Shown here: positions 8,938 to 20,004 of the stretch, piece after piece | How the letters are laid out: each line of letters begins with the position of its first letter | How positions within the stretch are numbered: position 1 is the first letter of the stretch | DNA from: Gammaproteobacteria bacterium | Lineage (GTDB): Bacteria > Pseudomonadota > Gammaproteobacteria > Eutrophobiales > Eutrophobiaceae | Direction of reading: 5' to 3' | Assembly (NCBI GenBank): GCA_041556555.1 | Contig: JBFFIE010000004.1 | Coordinates: 14,363 to 78,362, forward strand | Length of the DNA: 64,000 nt | Program-made: the position numbers and the translations under genes | The notes under the pieces: generated by a model | Told to the model about the DNA's origin: nothing | Database searches by the model: none | The model's input: the letters and a program-made list of their open reading frames with translations, nothing else

Positions 8938-10453
8938 CTTTCTGGTCTTTTTTTAGCTGTTGCTTTTTTGCCCGTTTTTCCCTGCCCCGTCTTACCGCCT
9001 CATGTATATATGCTTTTTTGTCATCAGGTTTTCCAGAAGTGGAAAGTTGTTCCACGCTTAAGTTTTTTTCCTTTTTTTCCTGTTTCAATCGTTCCTGATG
9101 TTTCAGATAACGATATCTTGCCTCTGATGCCTTGGTTATAGATAAGTCACGCTGATTGATTTCATTCTTGGCCAGCCTGTAATAATGCACGAGTGGGATA
9201 TTACTGGGACAGACATAGGAACAACAGCCACATTCTATGCATTCAAAAAGATGATGTTGTTTTAATTTATTGTGGTCGCTGGAGCGTGAGAACCAATAAA
9301 GTTGTTGTGGTAGTAATTCAACCGGACAAACCTCAGCGCAATTTCCACAACGGATACATGGCATTTCGGTTCCCTGGTTGAGTTCATTTCTTATCAATAT
9401 GCAATGAGTCGTCTTGATGACTGGCATATGCATGTTCTGCACGAGGGTACCCATCATGGGTCCACCGAGTATGATACTGTCACCGGATTTTTCACTGTAT
9501 CCGCATTGCTCGGCACAATGCCTGACGGGAGTGCCAATAAGCACCTGGAGATTGCGCGGAGAGGGTATGCTGCCGGTTACAGTTATGTACCTTGATACCA
9601 GAGGTTCTCCACGTGATACAGCCCGGTAGGCTGCAGCTGCTGTGCCGACGTTATGCATCACAATACCCATATGTATCGGCAGTCCGCCACTTGGTACCGC
9701 CTTTCCGGTCAATGTCTTGATGAGTTGCTTTTCGCTGCCTTGCGGATAAATAGTCGGTACTTTTACCAGTTCAATATCATCATCAAGTAATGGCAATAGG
9801 GCATTAACAGCATCCGGCATGTCTTCTTCTACAGCAATTATGCATTTTCTGGCCTGTACGGCATGACGTATCATCCTTGTACCGGCAACGATGTAATCTG
9901 GTTTTTCCCGGATTAATCTGTCATCACAGGTAATATAAGGTTCACATTCAACTGCGTTGATTATTAATAATTCAACCTCAGTTTGTGTACCTTCTTTCAA
10001 TTTAACATGAGCAGGGAAGCCCGCTCCCCCCAGGCCTGAAATACCGGCATCCCTGAACCTGTTTTGCAATGTGACCGGATCCGTTTCCAGATAGTTATCC
10101 ACACCACGGATATCTGTCCAGGTGTCCAGTCCATCCGGTTCTATAACAATACAGGGTGCCTTGATACCGAGGGGGTCCGGTACGCTATAAAGTCCAATGT
10201 CCCTTATTTTACCCGATGTTGTAGCATGTACAGGCAGGCTGACGTATCCATCCGGCTCAGCAATAATTTGTCCCTTGTATACCTGCTCTCCGGTTTTTAC
10301 CAGTGGTTTAGCGGGATGCCCGATATGTTGTTTGAGTGGAAGTATGATTTCATCAGGCAGTGGAGAAATTAATGATGATAAATTGTTGGACAGGGATTTG
10401 TATGTTTCGAGTTTTAGGCCACCATGAAATGAATGTATATCGGTAGAGCTCAT
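8930..10453 (-). CDS. rnfC: Rnf electron transport complex subunit C (Fe-S, NADH-binding)
   Basis: GGAGFPAHVKL, two ferredoxin-type CxxCxxCxxxCP clusters, lysine/glutamate-rich C-terminal tail; start placed at ATG 10453 that overlaps rnfB TGA (ATGA coupling) rather than ORF-track 10513. Confidence 0.85.
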   Translation of the reverse strand: MSSTDIHSFHGGLKLETYKSLSNNLSSLISPLPDEIILPLKQHIGHPAKPLVKTGEQVYKGQIIAEPDGYVSLPVHATTSGKIRDIGLYSVPDPLGIKAPCIVIEPDGLDTWTDIRGVDNYLETDPVTLQNRFRDAGISGLGGAGFPAHVKLKEGTQTEVELLIINAVECEPYITCDDRLIREKPDYIVAGTRMIRHAVQARKCIIAVEEDMPDAVNALLPLLDDDIELVKVPTIYPQGSEKQLIKTLTGKAVPSGGLPIHMGIVMHNVGTAAAAYRAVSRGEPLVSRYITVTGSIPSPRNLQVLIGTPVRHCAEQCGYSEKSGDSIILGGPMMGTLVQNMHMPVIKTTHCILIRNELNQGTEMPCIRCGNCAEVCPVELLPQQLYWFSRSSDHNKLKQHHLFECIECGCCSYVCPSNIPLVHYYRLAKNEINQRDLSITKASEARYRYLKHQERLKQEKKEKNLSVEQLSTSGKPDDKKAYIHEAVRRGREKRAKKQQLKKDQKDE

Positions 10454-10956
10454 ATCTGAAACCGGGATTTTGGCTCCATTTGGATACAGTCTACCGGACA
10501 AGGCGCTATACATAATTCACACCCGGTACATAGTTCCGGTATAACAGTATGCATCTGTTTAGGCGCGCCAACGATCGCGTCAACTGGACAAGCATTTATA
10601 CACTTGACACAACCAATACAAAGCTCTTCATCAATCAGCGCAGTTTTTGCTAAAGGTTCACTTTGCCAGGCTGGATTAAGTGCCTGGTATTCACTGCCGG
10701 TTAACCGGGATAATTCTCTACTTGTAATGTTACCGCCTGGTGGACATTGATTTATGGCGGTAATACCTTCAGCTATTGCAGTTGCATAGGGTTCGCATCC
10801 ATCAAATCCGCATTGTTCACATTGTGTTTGTGGAAGCAGTATATTTACCCGGTCTATTTTTTCTAGAGATAATATTTCCCTGTTTATTCTTGAATTCTCA
10901 GCCAGGATCGCCAGAGATATTGATAACATCAGGATAATTAACAGGCCGGTCATCAT
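10450..10956 (-). CDS. rnfB: Rnf electron transport complex subunit B (polyferredoxin)
   Basis: N-terminal membrane anchor, CEQCGFDGCEPYA cluster plus two 4Fe-4S ferredoxin motifs (CIGCVKCINACP, CTGCELCIAPCP). Confidence 0.85.
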   Translation of the reverse strand: MMTGLLIILMLSISLAILAENSRINREILSLEKIDRVNILLPQTQCEQCGFDGCEPYATAIAEGITAINQCPPGGNITSRELSRLTGSEYQALNPAWQSEPLAKTALIDEELCIGCVKCINACPVDAIVGAPKQMHTVIPELCTGCELCIAPCPVDCIQMEPKSRFQI

Positions 10957-10957
10957 T

Positions 10958-11533
10958 CTAGAATATCCCGGCAAAACCCTGAAAGGCCATAGCAACAATG
11001 GCCAGCGTGATCAAATGCAGTGGCATGCCCCTGAATGGTGAGGGGGCCTCTGCACCTTCCAGCCTCTCGCTGACAGCTGTGAGGAGAAGCAGCACCAGCC
11101 CGAAACCAAATGCAGTACCCAGGCCATAGGCAAAGGCATGGATAATACCCGTGTTGTCCGGTAGAAATAAAAGTACGGTGCCCAGTACAGTGGTATTAAT
11201 CCCCGCATAGGGCAACAGGTCATTTATCCTGTCTGACAAGCTTTGGGAAACATGCCTGATAACAATTTTCAGCAGCATCGCCAGGCAGAGTATCAACATG
11301 ACAAGGATCAACAGCCATAAATGATCAAGCTGTAATGGCAGAATAACCAGGGAGTGAAGCAGGTAAGCAGACAATGTGACGAGAGGCAGCAATAAAACCA
11401 TGACAAACGAGACATCAATAGCGACCTGTTCCCTGCGTTGCATTGCCAATGCGGGATCAGCACCGACAAGATGCTGAATAATTATGTTATTGGCGAATAC
11501 CGTGCTGAATAGAATAAGTAGAAAGTCAGACAT
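10958..11533 (-). CDS. rnfA: Rnf electron transport complex subunit A
   Basis: 191 aa six-TM protein, RnfA/NqrE family (MSDFLLILFSTVFANNII, GLGTAFGFGLVLL). Confidence 0.85.
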   Translation of the reverse strand: MSDFLLILFSTVFANNIIIQHLVGADPALAMQRREQVAIDVSFVMVLLLPLVTLSAYLLHSLVILPLQLDHLWLLILVMLILCLAMLLKIVIRHVSQSLSDRINDLLPYAGINTTVLGTVLLFLPDNTGIIHAFAYGLGTAFGFGLVLLLLTAVSERLEGAEAPSPFRGMPLHLITLAIVAMAFQGFAGIF

Positions 11534-11542
11534 TGGGCCCGG

Positions 11543-13582
11543 TCATTTTACTCTCATCCCGGGGGTTGCGCCTGAATCCGGGCTGAGAATGTAAAGATCC
11601 TCTCCACCAGGCCCTGCAGCCAGCACCATGCCCTCGGATACACCAAAGCGCATTTTTCGTGGTGCAAGATTGACAACCATAACTGTCAGTTTACCTTCCA
11701 GGTCTTCAGGTTGGTAGGCCGACCTTATTCCGGCAAAGACATTACGGGTTTCTCCACCAATATCCAGGGTCAAGCGGAGGAGTTTGTCAGCCCCTTCTAC
11801 GTATTCTGCTCTAGTGATCTTTGCTACCCGTAAATCAATCTTTGCAAAATCATCAATTGTAATTTCACCTGCAATCGGGTTTTTTTCCAAAGAACCGGAG
11901 TCAGGATTGGACTTGTCAGCGGAGTTCTTTGACAGGTCATCTTTGCTTGCATCAATCATGGCTTGTATTTTCTCCTTGTCCACACGCCGCATCAGCGGTT
12001 TGAAAGGGTTAATGGTGTGATCATATAACGGAGAGTCAATATCCTTCCATTTTAACGGCTTGATGCCAAGAAATGCCTCGCCTTGTTCCGCCATTACTGG
12101 AAGGACTGGCTTCAGAAAGAGCAACAGGTATCTGAACAAGTTTATCCCCATACTGCAAATTGACTGCAGTTCCGCTTCACGTGCCGGGTCTTTGGCAATG
12201 ACCCAGGGTTTGTGTTCATCAATGTACTGATTGGCCTTGTCGGCAAGGGCCATAATTTCTCGCATTGCCCTTGCGTATTCACGAGACTCATACAGCGTTG
12301 CAATTTTTTCACCGGCGCCAATAAAGCTTTCAAGCAATTCCGGATTATGATTCTCGACTGACAGTTTGCCCTCAAATCGCTTGTTAATAAAACCGGCACA
12401 GCGACTGGCAATATTGACCACCTTGCCAACCAGATCAGAATTTACCCGGAAACTGAAATCATCAAAGCTCAGATCGATATCATCGACTCCGCTACCCAGC
12501 TTCGCAGCAAAGTAGTAACGCAGGTATTGTGGATCCAGGTGGTCCAGATAGGTCTTCGCCATAATAAAGGTACCACGAGACTTGGACATTTTCTGGCCGT
12601 TTATGGTCAAAAAGCCATGGGCAAAAATCGCCGTGGGTGTTCTGAGCTTACTGCCCTCCAGCATGGCCGGCCAGAACAGGGCATGGAAATAAATGATGTC
12701 CTTACCGATAAAGTGATAGAGCTCGGTAGAGCTGTCCTTCAGGAAAAACTCATCAAACTTGAGACTGCTGCGATCACACAGGTTTTTAAAACTTGCCAGG
12801 TAACCAATCGGGGCATCAAGCCAGACATAAAAATACTTGTCTTCAGTACCCGGAATCCGAAAACCAAAATAGGGTTCATCCCGCGAGATGTCCCACTCCT
12901 GTAGGCCGGTATCAAACCATTCGTCCAGTTTATTACTGACTTCCTCCTGTAAATGTCCCCCCCGGGTCCAGTCCTTCAGACTGGATTCGAAATCTGCCAG
13001 TTTGAAAAAGTAATGTTCTGACTCCTTTTCTACAGGTGTGACACCGGAGATTGCAGAAACCGGGTTTTTGAGATCTGTTGGTGAATAAGTTGCACCGCAA
13101 ACCTCACAACTGTCGCCATACTGGTCAGCGGCACCACACTTCGGACATTCACCACGAATAAAGCGGTCGGGCAAAAATATATTCTTGGCCGGGTCATAGG
13201 CCTGCTTTATCGTTCGCCTTGAGATATGACCCCCTGCCAATAATCGCTCATAAATAAGTTCCGATAATTCACGGTTTTCATCGGAATGCGTGGTGTGGTA
13301 ATTGTCGAAGGCAACAGCGAAACGGGCAAAGTCCTCCTCGTGTTCCTTTTTGACCCTGGCAATCAGGATCTCGGGCGAGATCCCTTCCTGTTGGGCACGC
13401 AGCATGATTGGTGTCCCGTGGGCATCGTCGGCACAGACATAGTAGCATTCATGCCCGCGCATTTTCTGGAACCGAACCCAGATATCCGTCTGGATATACT
13501 CCACCAGGTGGCCAATATGGATAGGGCCATTGGCGTAGGGCAGGGCGCTGGTTACCAGCATCTTTCGTGGTTGCTCGGGCAT
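11543..13582 (-). CDS. metG: Methionine--tRNA ligase
   Basis: HIGH (PIHIGHL) and KMSKS motifs, zinc knuckle CPKCG...CEVCG, C-terminal tRNA-binding (Trbp111-like) domain; start set to [19 protein letters not shown] (13582). Confidence 0.9.
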   Translation of the reverse strand: MPEQPRKMLVTSALPYANGPIHIGHLVEYIQTDIWVRFQKMRGHECYYVCADDAHGTPIMLRAQQEGISPEILIARVKKEHEEDFARFAVAFDNYHTTHSDENRELSELIYERLLAGGHISRRTIKQAYDPAKNIFLPDRFIRGECPKCGAADQYGDSCEVCGATYSPTDLKNPVSAISGVTPVEKESEHYFFKLADFESSLKDWTRGGHLQEEVSNKLDEWFDTGLQEWDISRDEPYFGFRIPGTEDKYFYVWLDAPIGYLASFKNLCDRSSLKFDEFFLKDSSTELYHFIGKDIIYFHALFWPAMLEGSKLRTPTAIFAHGFLTINGQKMSKSRGTFIMAKTYLDHLDPQYLRYYFAAKLGSGVDDIDLSFDDFSFRVNSDLVGKVVNIASRCAGFINKRFEGKLSVENHNPELLESFIGAGEKIATLYESREYARAMREIMALADKANQYIDEHKPWVIAKDPAREAELQSICSMGINLFRYLLLFLKPVLPVMAEQGEAFLGIKPLKWKDIDSPLYDHTINPFKPLMRRVDKEKIQAMIDASKDDLSKNSADKSNPDSGSLEKNPIAGEITIDDFAKIDLRVAKITRAEYVEGADKLLRLTLDIGGETRNVFAGIRSAYQPEDLEGKLTVMVVNLAPRKMRFGVSEGMVLAAGPGGEDLYILSPDSGATPGMRVK

Positions 13583-13757
13583 AGACTTATTCAGGCTCTG
13601 AAAAGCGCAATAAGTTAACACGTCAGGTATCGCCAGAACAAAATTTTGTCGGTACCGGCAACCTGGCACTGGAAAACGGCCGTAAGCGGGACTCTGACAG
13701 AAGCCCGCCTTATGTTAAGATGCCCGGGATTATCTAAGCCGGAGCAACCTCCAGATT

Positions 13758-14846
13758 ATGTCCGAATTAACTCCCGATATCATTGAATCCAGCCTGGGGC
13801 AGATCGTGGACCCCTACACGGGGCAGGACTTCGCCACCTCTCATGCCATCAAGTCAGTCAAGCTTGATGGGACACCGGAAATTAGCATTGAATTTGGTTA
13901 CCCGGCGGAGGGTTACCACGAGAAATTTAAAGAGAATATCAACTCAAAATTGCAGGAAGATTTTGATCTCAGTGGTGCCAGAATCTCAATTTCCAGCAAC
14001 ATCATTGCCCATTCCGTACAGAAAGGCGTACAGGTGCTGCCCAACGTCAAGAACACGATTGCCGTTGCCTCCGGCAAGGGTGGCGTCGGCAAGTCTACGA
14101 CCGCGGTCAATCTTGCACTGGCCTTGCAGGCCGAGGGCGCAAAGTCGGGCATACTGGATGCCGATATTTATGGTCCCAGCCAGCCTCTGATGCTTGGTTG
14201 TCATGGCAATCCGGATACCAAGGACGGCAAGAGCTTAGAACCGAATATCAGTTACGGACTGCAGAGTATGTCCGTAGGCTATCTGATTGAAGAAGAAACG
14301 CCCATGATTTGGCGTGGACCCATGGTAACATCTGCGCTTGAACAACTGCTGCATGATACCAACTGGGTCGACCTGGATTACCTGGTGATCGACCTGCCAC
14401 CGGGTACGGGTGACATCCAGTTGACCCTATGCCAGAAGATCCCGGTCAGTGGTGCAATCATTGTGACGACGCCACAAGACATTGCCTTGCTGGATGCCAA
14501 AAAGGCCCTGAAGATGTTTGAGAAAATGGAAGTCTCTGTGCTAGGGATCGTGGAAAACATGAGCACGCATATTTGTAGCCAATGCGGTCATGAAGAACAT
14601 ATCTTTGGTGCCGGTGGCGGAGATCAAATGGCCGCACAGTATAGTGTTGATCTGCTCGGCAGCCTGCCACTGGACATTTCTATCAGGGAAGGTGTGGACA
14701 GTGGCAAGCCAACTGTTGCCCTGGCACCTGATTCAGCCATTTCCCTGACGTACCGGGAGATTGCCCGCAAGGCTGCTGCCAAACTTGCCCTACAGGCTAA
14801 AGACTACAGCCATGTTTTCCCCAAGATTGTCGTAGACGATAATTAA
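13758..14846 (+). CDS. apbC: Iron-sulfur cluster carrier ATPase ApbC/Mrp
   Basis: Deviant Walker [18 protein letters not shown], CxxC motif ([12 protein letters not shown]), conserved divergent arrangement with metG. Confidence 0.9.
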   Translation: MSELTPDIIESSLGQIVDPYTGQDFATSHAIKSVKLDGTPEISIEFGYPAEGYHEKFKENINSKLQEDFDLSGARISISSNIIAHSVQKGVQVLPNVKNTIAVASGKGGVGKSTTAVNLALALQAEGAKSGILDADIYGPSQPLMLGCHGNPDTKDGKSLEPNISYGLQSMSVGYLIEEETPMIWRGPMVTSALEQLLHDTNWVDLDYLVIDLPPGTGDIQLTLCQKIPVSGAIIVTTPQDIALLDAKKALKMFEKMEVSVLGIVENMSTHICSQCGHEEHIFGAGGGDQMAAQYSVDLLGSLPLDISIREGVDSGKPTVALAPDSAISLTYREIARKAAAKLALQAKDYSHVFPKIVVDDN

Positions 14847-14860
14847 CCGGTAAACCAGCT

Positions 14861-15427
14861 ATGAGTATAAAATCCGACAAGTGGATCCGCCGGATGGCGG
14901 AAGAGAGCGGATTGATTGAACCTTTTTCAGCAGAACAGGTAAAGCATAACGGATCTGACAGGCTAATCTCTTACGGGACGTCCAGTTATGGTTATGATGT
15001 TCGTTGTGCAGATGAGTTCAAAATTTTCACTAATATTAACAGCAGCGTAGTTGATCCCAAGGCCTTCGATGAAAAATCGTTTGTTAATTTCAAAGGTGAT
15101 ATCTGTATTATTCCGCCAAACTCATTCGCTCTCGCCCGCACGGTGGAATATTTCCGAATCCCGCGCAATGTGTTAACCATATGTCTTGGGAAGTCTACCT
15201 ATGCGCGTTGCGGTATCATTGTTAATGTCACACCGCTTGAACCCGAGTGGGAAGGACATGTAACTCTTGAGTTTTCAAATACAACACCACTTCCTGCAAA
15301 GATCTATGCTAATGAAGGTGTCGCCCAAATGATCTTCTTAGAATCGGATGACGTTTGTGAGATCTCTTACAAGGACCGGGGTGGCAAATATCAGGGTCAA
15401 ACCGGGGTTACCTTGCCCAAAACATGA
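14861..15427 (+). CDS. dcd: dCTP deaminase
   Basis: 188 aa, Dcd family ([36 protein letters not shown]). Confidence 0.85.
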   Translation: MSIKSDKWIRRMAEESGLIEPFSAEQVKHNGSDRLISYGTSSYGYDVRCADEFKIFTNINSSVVDPKAFDEKSFVNFKGDICIIPPNSFALARTVEYFRIPRNVLTICLGKSTYARCGIIVNVTPLEPEWEGHVTLEFSNTTPLPAKIYANEGVAQMIFLESDDVCEISYKDRGGKYQGQTGVTLPKT

Positions 15428-15499
15428 CAATTCTTTACGGTTAATTCAATCAATTGGTAACTGCATTAACTCACCCTTTATATCCATAGTATTCAGGCC

Positions 15500-16897
15500 A
15501 TGAATCTTTTTCCAATCTTTCTCAAGCTTGATAAAGAACAATGTCTGGTTGTGGGAGGTGGTGAAATCGCCTGTCGAAAAGTCATGCAATTACTCAAGGC
15601 CGGGGCGAAGGTCACGGTTGTGTCTCCTGAATTAACCAGTTCCCTCAATGAGCTCGTTGAAGACAAGAAGTTGAGTCATATTAATGCCCGGTTTACCGAG
15701 GAACATTTACTGGGTGTGGTTCTAGTGATTGCCGCAACCAATGACCGCTCCACCAATCGTTCGATATCCGAACTGTGTAACAAGCGGAAAGTGCCGGTTA
15801 ATGTGGTGGATGACCCGGCCCTGTGCACATTTATCATGCCTTCCATCATTGATCGGGCACCGGTGCAGATCGCAGTTTCTACGGGTGGTGTGTCACCGGT
15901 TCTTGCCCGGCTCTTACGGGCCCAGCTTGAAACCCTGATACCGGCAACTTTTGGACATCTTGCCGAATTAATGGCCAGATCCAGACAACGGGTCAGGCAA
16001 CGCTATCCCGATCAACGTGAACGCCGTCGTTTCTGGGAAAAGATTCTGCACGGACCGATTGCCGAAATGTTATTTGCCGGTCGTGACAAACTGGCATTGA
16101 AAGCGATTGAACAGCAACTGAATGATGATTCCGGTTCAGCCAGTACAGCTGGAGAAGTATACCTTGTCGGTGGTGGTCCCGGTGATCCGGATCTGCTTAC
16201 CTTTCGGGCCTTGAGGCTTATGCAACAGGCAGACGTGGTGCTTTATGATCGATTGGTTGCTCCCAAGATCCTTGATCTCGTGCGCAAGGATGCCGAGCGA
16301 ATTTATGTAGGAAAACAACGTGACCAGCACGCTTTGCCCCAGGGAGATATCAATGAATTGTTGGTCAGATTGGCCCGTGAGGGCAAACGGGTACTGCGGC
16401 TCAAGGGGGGTGATCCGTTCATATTTGGACGGGGAGGAGAAGAAATCGAGAACCTGTCAGCTGAGGGAATTCCTTTCCAGGTCGTCCCGGGAATTACCGC
16501 TGCTGCCGGTTGTGCATCCTATGCCGGTATACCCCTGACTCATCGTGACTATGCCCATTCCTGCATTTTTGTAACGGGACACCTGAAAGATGGCAGCATG
16601 GATCTGAATTGGGAAGCCCTGGTGCAGCCGAGGCAAACTATTGCAGTTTACATGGGAACCCACGGTATCGGGATATTGTCCACAGAATTGATGGCCCGGG
16701 GCATGTCACCAGAAACCCCTGTCGCTATAATTCAGCAGGCAACGACCAGGCAGCAACGTGAGTACATAAGTACCCTGAAAAACCTGCCGACCTTACCAGA
16801 AAAACACGATATAAAACCTCCGAGCATGATCATTATCGGCGAGGTGGTCAAACTGCATGAAAAACTCGCCTGGTTTGAACCGTTATTGAATGATTAA
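15500..16897 (+). CDS. cysG: Siroheme synthase (uroporphyrinogen-III C-methyltransferase / precorrin-2 dehydrogenase / ferrochelatase)
   Basis: N-terminal Rossmann VVGGGEIACRK, C-terminal SUMT domain (VYLVGGGPGDPDLLT, LKGGDPFIFGRGGEE). Confidence 0.9.
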   Translation: MNLFPIFLKLDKEQCLVVGGGEIACRKVMQLLKAGAKVTVVSPELTSSLNELVEDKKLSHINARFTEEHLLGVVLVIAATNDRSTNRSISELCNKRKVPVNVVDDPALCTFIMPSIIDRAPVQIAVSTGGVSPVLARLLRAQLETLIPATFGHLAELMARSRQRVRQRYPDQRERRRFWEKILHGPIAEMLFAGRDKLALKAIEQQLNDDSGSASTAGEVYLVGGGPGDPDLLTFRALRLMQQADVVLYDRLVAPKILDLVRKDAERIYVGKQRDQHALPQGDINELLVRLAREGKRVLRLKGGDPFIFGRGGEEIENLSAEGIPFQVVPGITAAAGCASYAGIPLTHRDYAHSCIFVTGHLKDGSMDLNWEALVQPRQTIAVYMGTHGIGILSTELMARGMSPETPVAIIQQATTRQQREYISTLKNLPTLPEKHDIKPPSMIIIGEVVKLHEKLAWFEPLLND

Positions 16898-16932
16898 GAT
16901 TATATAACATCAATTTTTTGAACGGAGAGATT

Positions 16933-17511
16933 ATGAAGACAAGACAATTACTGTTACTAACATCCGCATTGCTGGTATTAAGTGCCTGTGCCCTGAGTCC
17001 ACAAACAGTTGTCGTGAACCCCGAGCTGTCCATGGAGAGCTCAACCACAACCAAAACTCCGCTTAGTATGAGTATAGATGTCGGTGATCCAAGAAGCACG
17101 AATATCATCGGGCAAAGGGGAGGCATCTACAAAGAAACCTCCCATATCCGTACTGATGACGACATGACCGCTACCTTGCAAAGAAAATTATCAGGTGCAT
17201 TTGCGCAGATGGGCTTCAGTATTATGGGGAGTGGCGAGGCTGATGTCTATTTGACAGTCAACACAACAAAGATTCAATACATGGTTATAAAAGATAATGT
17301 TCTTAACCAGATAAAGATTGATATTGAACTTCAGGGGATCTGCCAGAAGAATAACCAGCAGTTCAGGCGTAAGTACCAGGTATCGCGCACAAAGGATATA
17401 GTAAAGACACCTTCAATGGAGGAAAATGAAGAATTGGTCAATGAAGCAATGGCAATTGCACTGGGAAACCTGCTGGCAGACAAGGCATTACTTGATTTTA
17501 TAAACAGTTAA
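16933..17511 (+). CDS. Lipoprotein, YajG-like (tentative)
   Basis: Signal peptide with lipobox LVLSAC; ~190 aa; weak resemblance to YajG family. Confidence 0.4.
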   Translation: MKTRQLLLLTSALLVLSACALSPQTVVVNPELSMESSTTTKTPLSMSIDVGDPRSTNIIGQRGGIYKETSHIRTDDDMTATLQRKLSGAFAQMGFSIMGSGEADVYLTVNTTKIQYMVIKDNVLNQIKIDIELQGICQKNNQQFRRKYQVSRTKDIVKTPSMEENEELVNEAMAIALGNLLADKALLDFINS

Positions 17512-17516
17512 CAGGC

Positions 17517-18419
17517 TCAGACAGTCACTGTTTCTTCAGTAACCTTGTCATGGTCAGGATCAAAGGCAACGACACAATTTTTACCTGCCGACTTGGCGTT
17601 ATAGAGTGCAGTATCTGCTGCATCAATCAGGTAGTGGGATAATTGCATCTTGATAGAGGATTGTGAACCTTTATTCAGGTGGCTTCTGAGTTCGGTCACC
17701 CCGATACTGACAGTGATCTTGATGATGTCATTTTCAAAGCGAAAAGCTGCATTTTGCACAGCCACCCTGATTCTGTCTGCCAGTGTCAATGCGCCGCTGA
17801 GCGGGGTATTGGGACATACAACCATGAACTCTTCCCCGCCAAAGCGACCAATCACATCCGTGGCACGAAGCCACTTTTGACAAATTTCCGTAATTTTCTT
17901 GAGGATTTCATCACCTGCAAGATGGCCAAACTTGTCATTGATGGTTTTGAAGTTGTCCAGATCGAACAATAATAATGACAGGTCTTTTTTATATCTCAGG
18001 GACTCTGACAATCGTTGTTCGATATCATTGATCAAACTTCTCCGATTGGCGATACCGGTCAATGAATCGGTACTGGCAATCTTGAACAGGCTGTGTTCAA
18101 AGGCCTGTTGCCTTTCCATGAAGATGTGACTGGTGATGGTAATGGTGAAAATAGCAATAATGACCAGCTGACGGTTGGTAGTATCCACCAACTCAGAAGG
18201 AATGAAATACATTCCAGCCATTGTTGCCAGGATACCGGTCAAACCAATGATCAGTGTTAATCTTTTTGAGTGTGCCAGCAGACCAAACCCTAACAGGGAA
18301 ACATAGGATATGGATGTTGTGATTTCGTTTGCAAGGTAGAAATCAATATACGCAAAGAAACCAAAGGCCAGAATGAAGATGGCCCCGAATATCCACTCAG
18401 AATCGGTAATTTTCCTCAC
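17517..18419 (-). CDS. Membrane-anchored diguanylate cyclase (GGDEF)
   Basis: 4 predicted N-terminal TM helices; GGDEF domain with RFGGEEF active-site motif and LFDLDNFKTINDKFGH. Confidence 0.85.
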   Translation of the reverse strand: MRKITDSEWIFGAIFILAFGFFAYIDFYLANEITTSISYVSLLGFGLLAHSKRLTLIIGLTGILATMAGMYFIPSELVDTTNRQLVIIAIFTITITSHIFMERQQAFEHSLFKIASTDSLTGIANRRSLINDIEQRLSESLRYKKDLSLLLFDLDNFKTINDKFGHLAGDEILKKITEICQKWLRATDVIGRFGGEEFMVVCPNTPLSGALTLADRIRVAVQNAAFRFENDIIKITVSIGVTELRSHLNKGSQSSIKMQLSHYLIDAADTALYNAKSAGKNCVVAFDPDHDKVTEETVTV

Positions 18420-18450
18420 CAGCTAATCATAGCCGACAGGATATCCATCC

Positions 18451-18858
18451 TCAATTGGTTTTACCGTTATCTTCCTTCAGGTTCAGTGATATCGAATTGA
18501 TGCAATACCTTAATCCCGTTGGATCTGGGCCGTCTTCAAAAACGTGACCGAGATGTGCGTCACACTTTTTGCATGTCACCTCAACCCGACGCATACCGAA
18601 ACTGCCATCAAACCGGGTATCAATAGATTGTTTTGACATGGGTTCATAAAAACTCGGCCAGCCGCTGCCAGAATCGTATTTGGTGTCAGAACTGAATAAG
18701 GGATTTCCACAGCAACTGCAAAGATAGGTCCCTTTTTTGGAGCAAGTATAATATTTACCAGTGAAAGGCCGCTCGGTCCCTTTCTTTCGGGCAATTTTAT
18801 ATTGCTCTTCTGTCAGGCTTTGTTTCCATTCCTGATCACTTTTACTAATCTTCGTCAT
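18451..18858 (-). CDS. msrB: Peptide-methionine (R)-S-oxide reductase MsrB
   Basis: Two CxxC zinc motifs and GWPSF, RYCINS catalytic motifs; start at internal ATG 18858 (MTKISKSD). Confidence 0.85.
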   Translation of the reverse strand: MTKISKSDQEWKQSLTEEQYKIARKKGTERPFTGKYYTCSKKGTYLCSCCGNPLFSSDTKYDSGSGWPSFYEPMSKQSIDTRFDGSFGMRRVEVTCKKCDAHLGHVFEDGPDPTGLRYCINSISLNLKEDNGKTN

Positions 18859-18884
18859 GTTTTTATCCCTGGCTGTTGGTTGTT

Positions 18885-19883
18885 TCAGAATCTTGCCAGA
18901 ATGACTGAAAAGTAACGATTTTCCGGTTCGTAATGTGAGACAATATCCAGCCCGCAATCAGACAGTAATTCTTCTGCTTGCCCGTAGGTAAATTTGTGAC
19001 TCAGTTCCGTGAGGATTTCATCACCGGGGTACAATTCAATGACCTCATCAATTTTTTTGAGTTGTATTTCATGCAACGTATCACACACAAGTTTCATCTC
19101 TATGCGTGAATGCCTGGATTGATAACTTGCATGGTGATTGAAATGGTTCAGATCAAAATCAGCATCCAGCTCTCTGTTCAGTACGTTTAGTAGATTCAGG
19201 TTAAATGCTGCCGTGATTCCACCGCTATCATTGTAGGCGTCGTTCAGTACCCGCACGTCCTTGACCCTGTCTATACCGAGCAGCAGGTAATCACCTGGAG
19301 CCATGGCATCTGTAATTTCACGAATGAATGCCCTGGCCTCGGCCGGTTGAAAATTTCCGATGGTACTACCGAGAAAAACAAAGAGTCGCCTCTCATTGAA
19401 TCCTGGCAGGTGATCCAGTCCGGCGTGGTAGTCGCCCAGCAATGGTGTCACCTTGAGCCATTCATATTCAGTTTGTAATTGTCCTGCAGTGTCTTCCAGC
19501 ATCGGGGCGCAGACATCGAAAGGAGCATAACTGCAGGTATGATCAATCTGTTCACAGGCGTTAAACAGGCGCCGGGTTTTCCGGGAATTGCCACTTCCCA
19601 GCTCGATTATTTGAGCCGGCCTGGAAATGGCAATAATATCCCCGGCATTTCTTGCCAGCAGCCCGTCCTCCGTGCGAGTGGGATAATATTCATCCGTTTC
19701 ACATATCCTGGTAAATAATTGAGAACCTTTTTCATCATAAAAATACTTTGGTGGCAGGCTCCGTGGCGGGAACAACAGGCCTTCTCTTGCATCATCAATG
19801 ATATCCGGAACCACTCTTGCAGGTGATACAGATATACAGGCAGGTGGCCTGGCTATTTCTGTTTCTAGTCTGGGGTTTAGCAT
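18885..19883 (-). CDS. egtD: L-histidine N(alpha)-methyltransferase (EgtD family) / DUF2260 SAM-dependent methyltransferase
   Basis: Hallmark PKYFYDEKGSQLF...DEYYPTRTE and ELGSGNSRKT motifs of EgtD-like methyltransferases. Confidence 0.7.
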   Translation of the reverse strand: MLNPRLETEIARPPACISVSPARVVPDIIDDAREGLLFPPRSLPPKYFYDEKGSQLFTRICETDEYYPTRTEDGLLARNAGDIIAISRPAQIIELGSGNSRKTRRLFNACEQIDHTCSYAPFDVCAPMLEDTAGQLQTEYEWLKVTPLLGDYHAGLDHLPGFNERRLFVFLGSTIGNFQPAEARAFIREITDAMAPGDYLLLGIDRVKDVRVLNDAYNDSGGITAAFNLNLLNVLNRELDADFDLNHFNHHASYQSRHSRIEMKLVCDTLHEIQLKKIDEVIELYPGDEILTELSHKFTYGQAEELLSDCGLDIVSHYEPENRYFSVILARF

Positions 19884-20004
19884 CTGTGACTGTCATTATT
19901 AATTATCGTTACTGGGACAAAGGCTATCACCACGGGTTCCCTCTGCCAATGTCCGGAAATTGAGTTGCCTGTTGTCCTTATATTAATGAGAATGCCGCAA
20001 CGAT

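Noticed and set aside
13783-14204. Alternative-frame ORFs inside apbC/mrp
   Set aside because: Arg/Pro-rich translations typical of off-frame GC-rich coding DNA; mrp frame is unambiguous.
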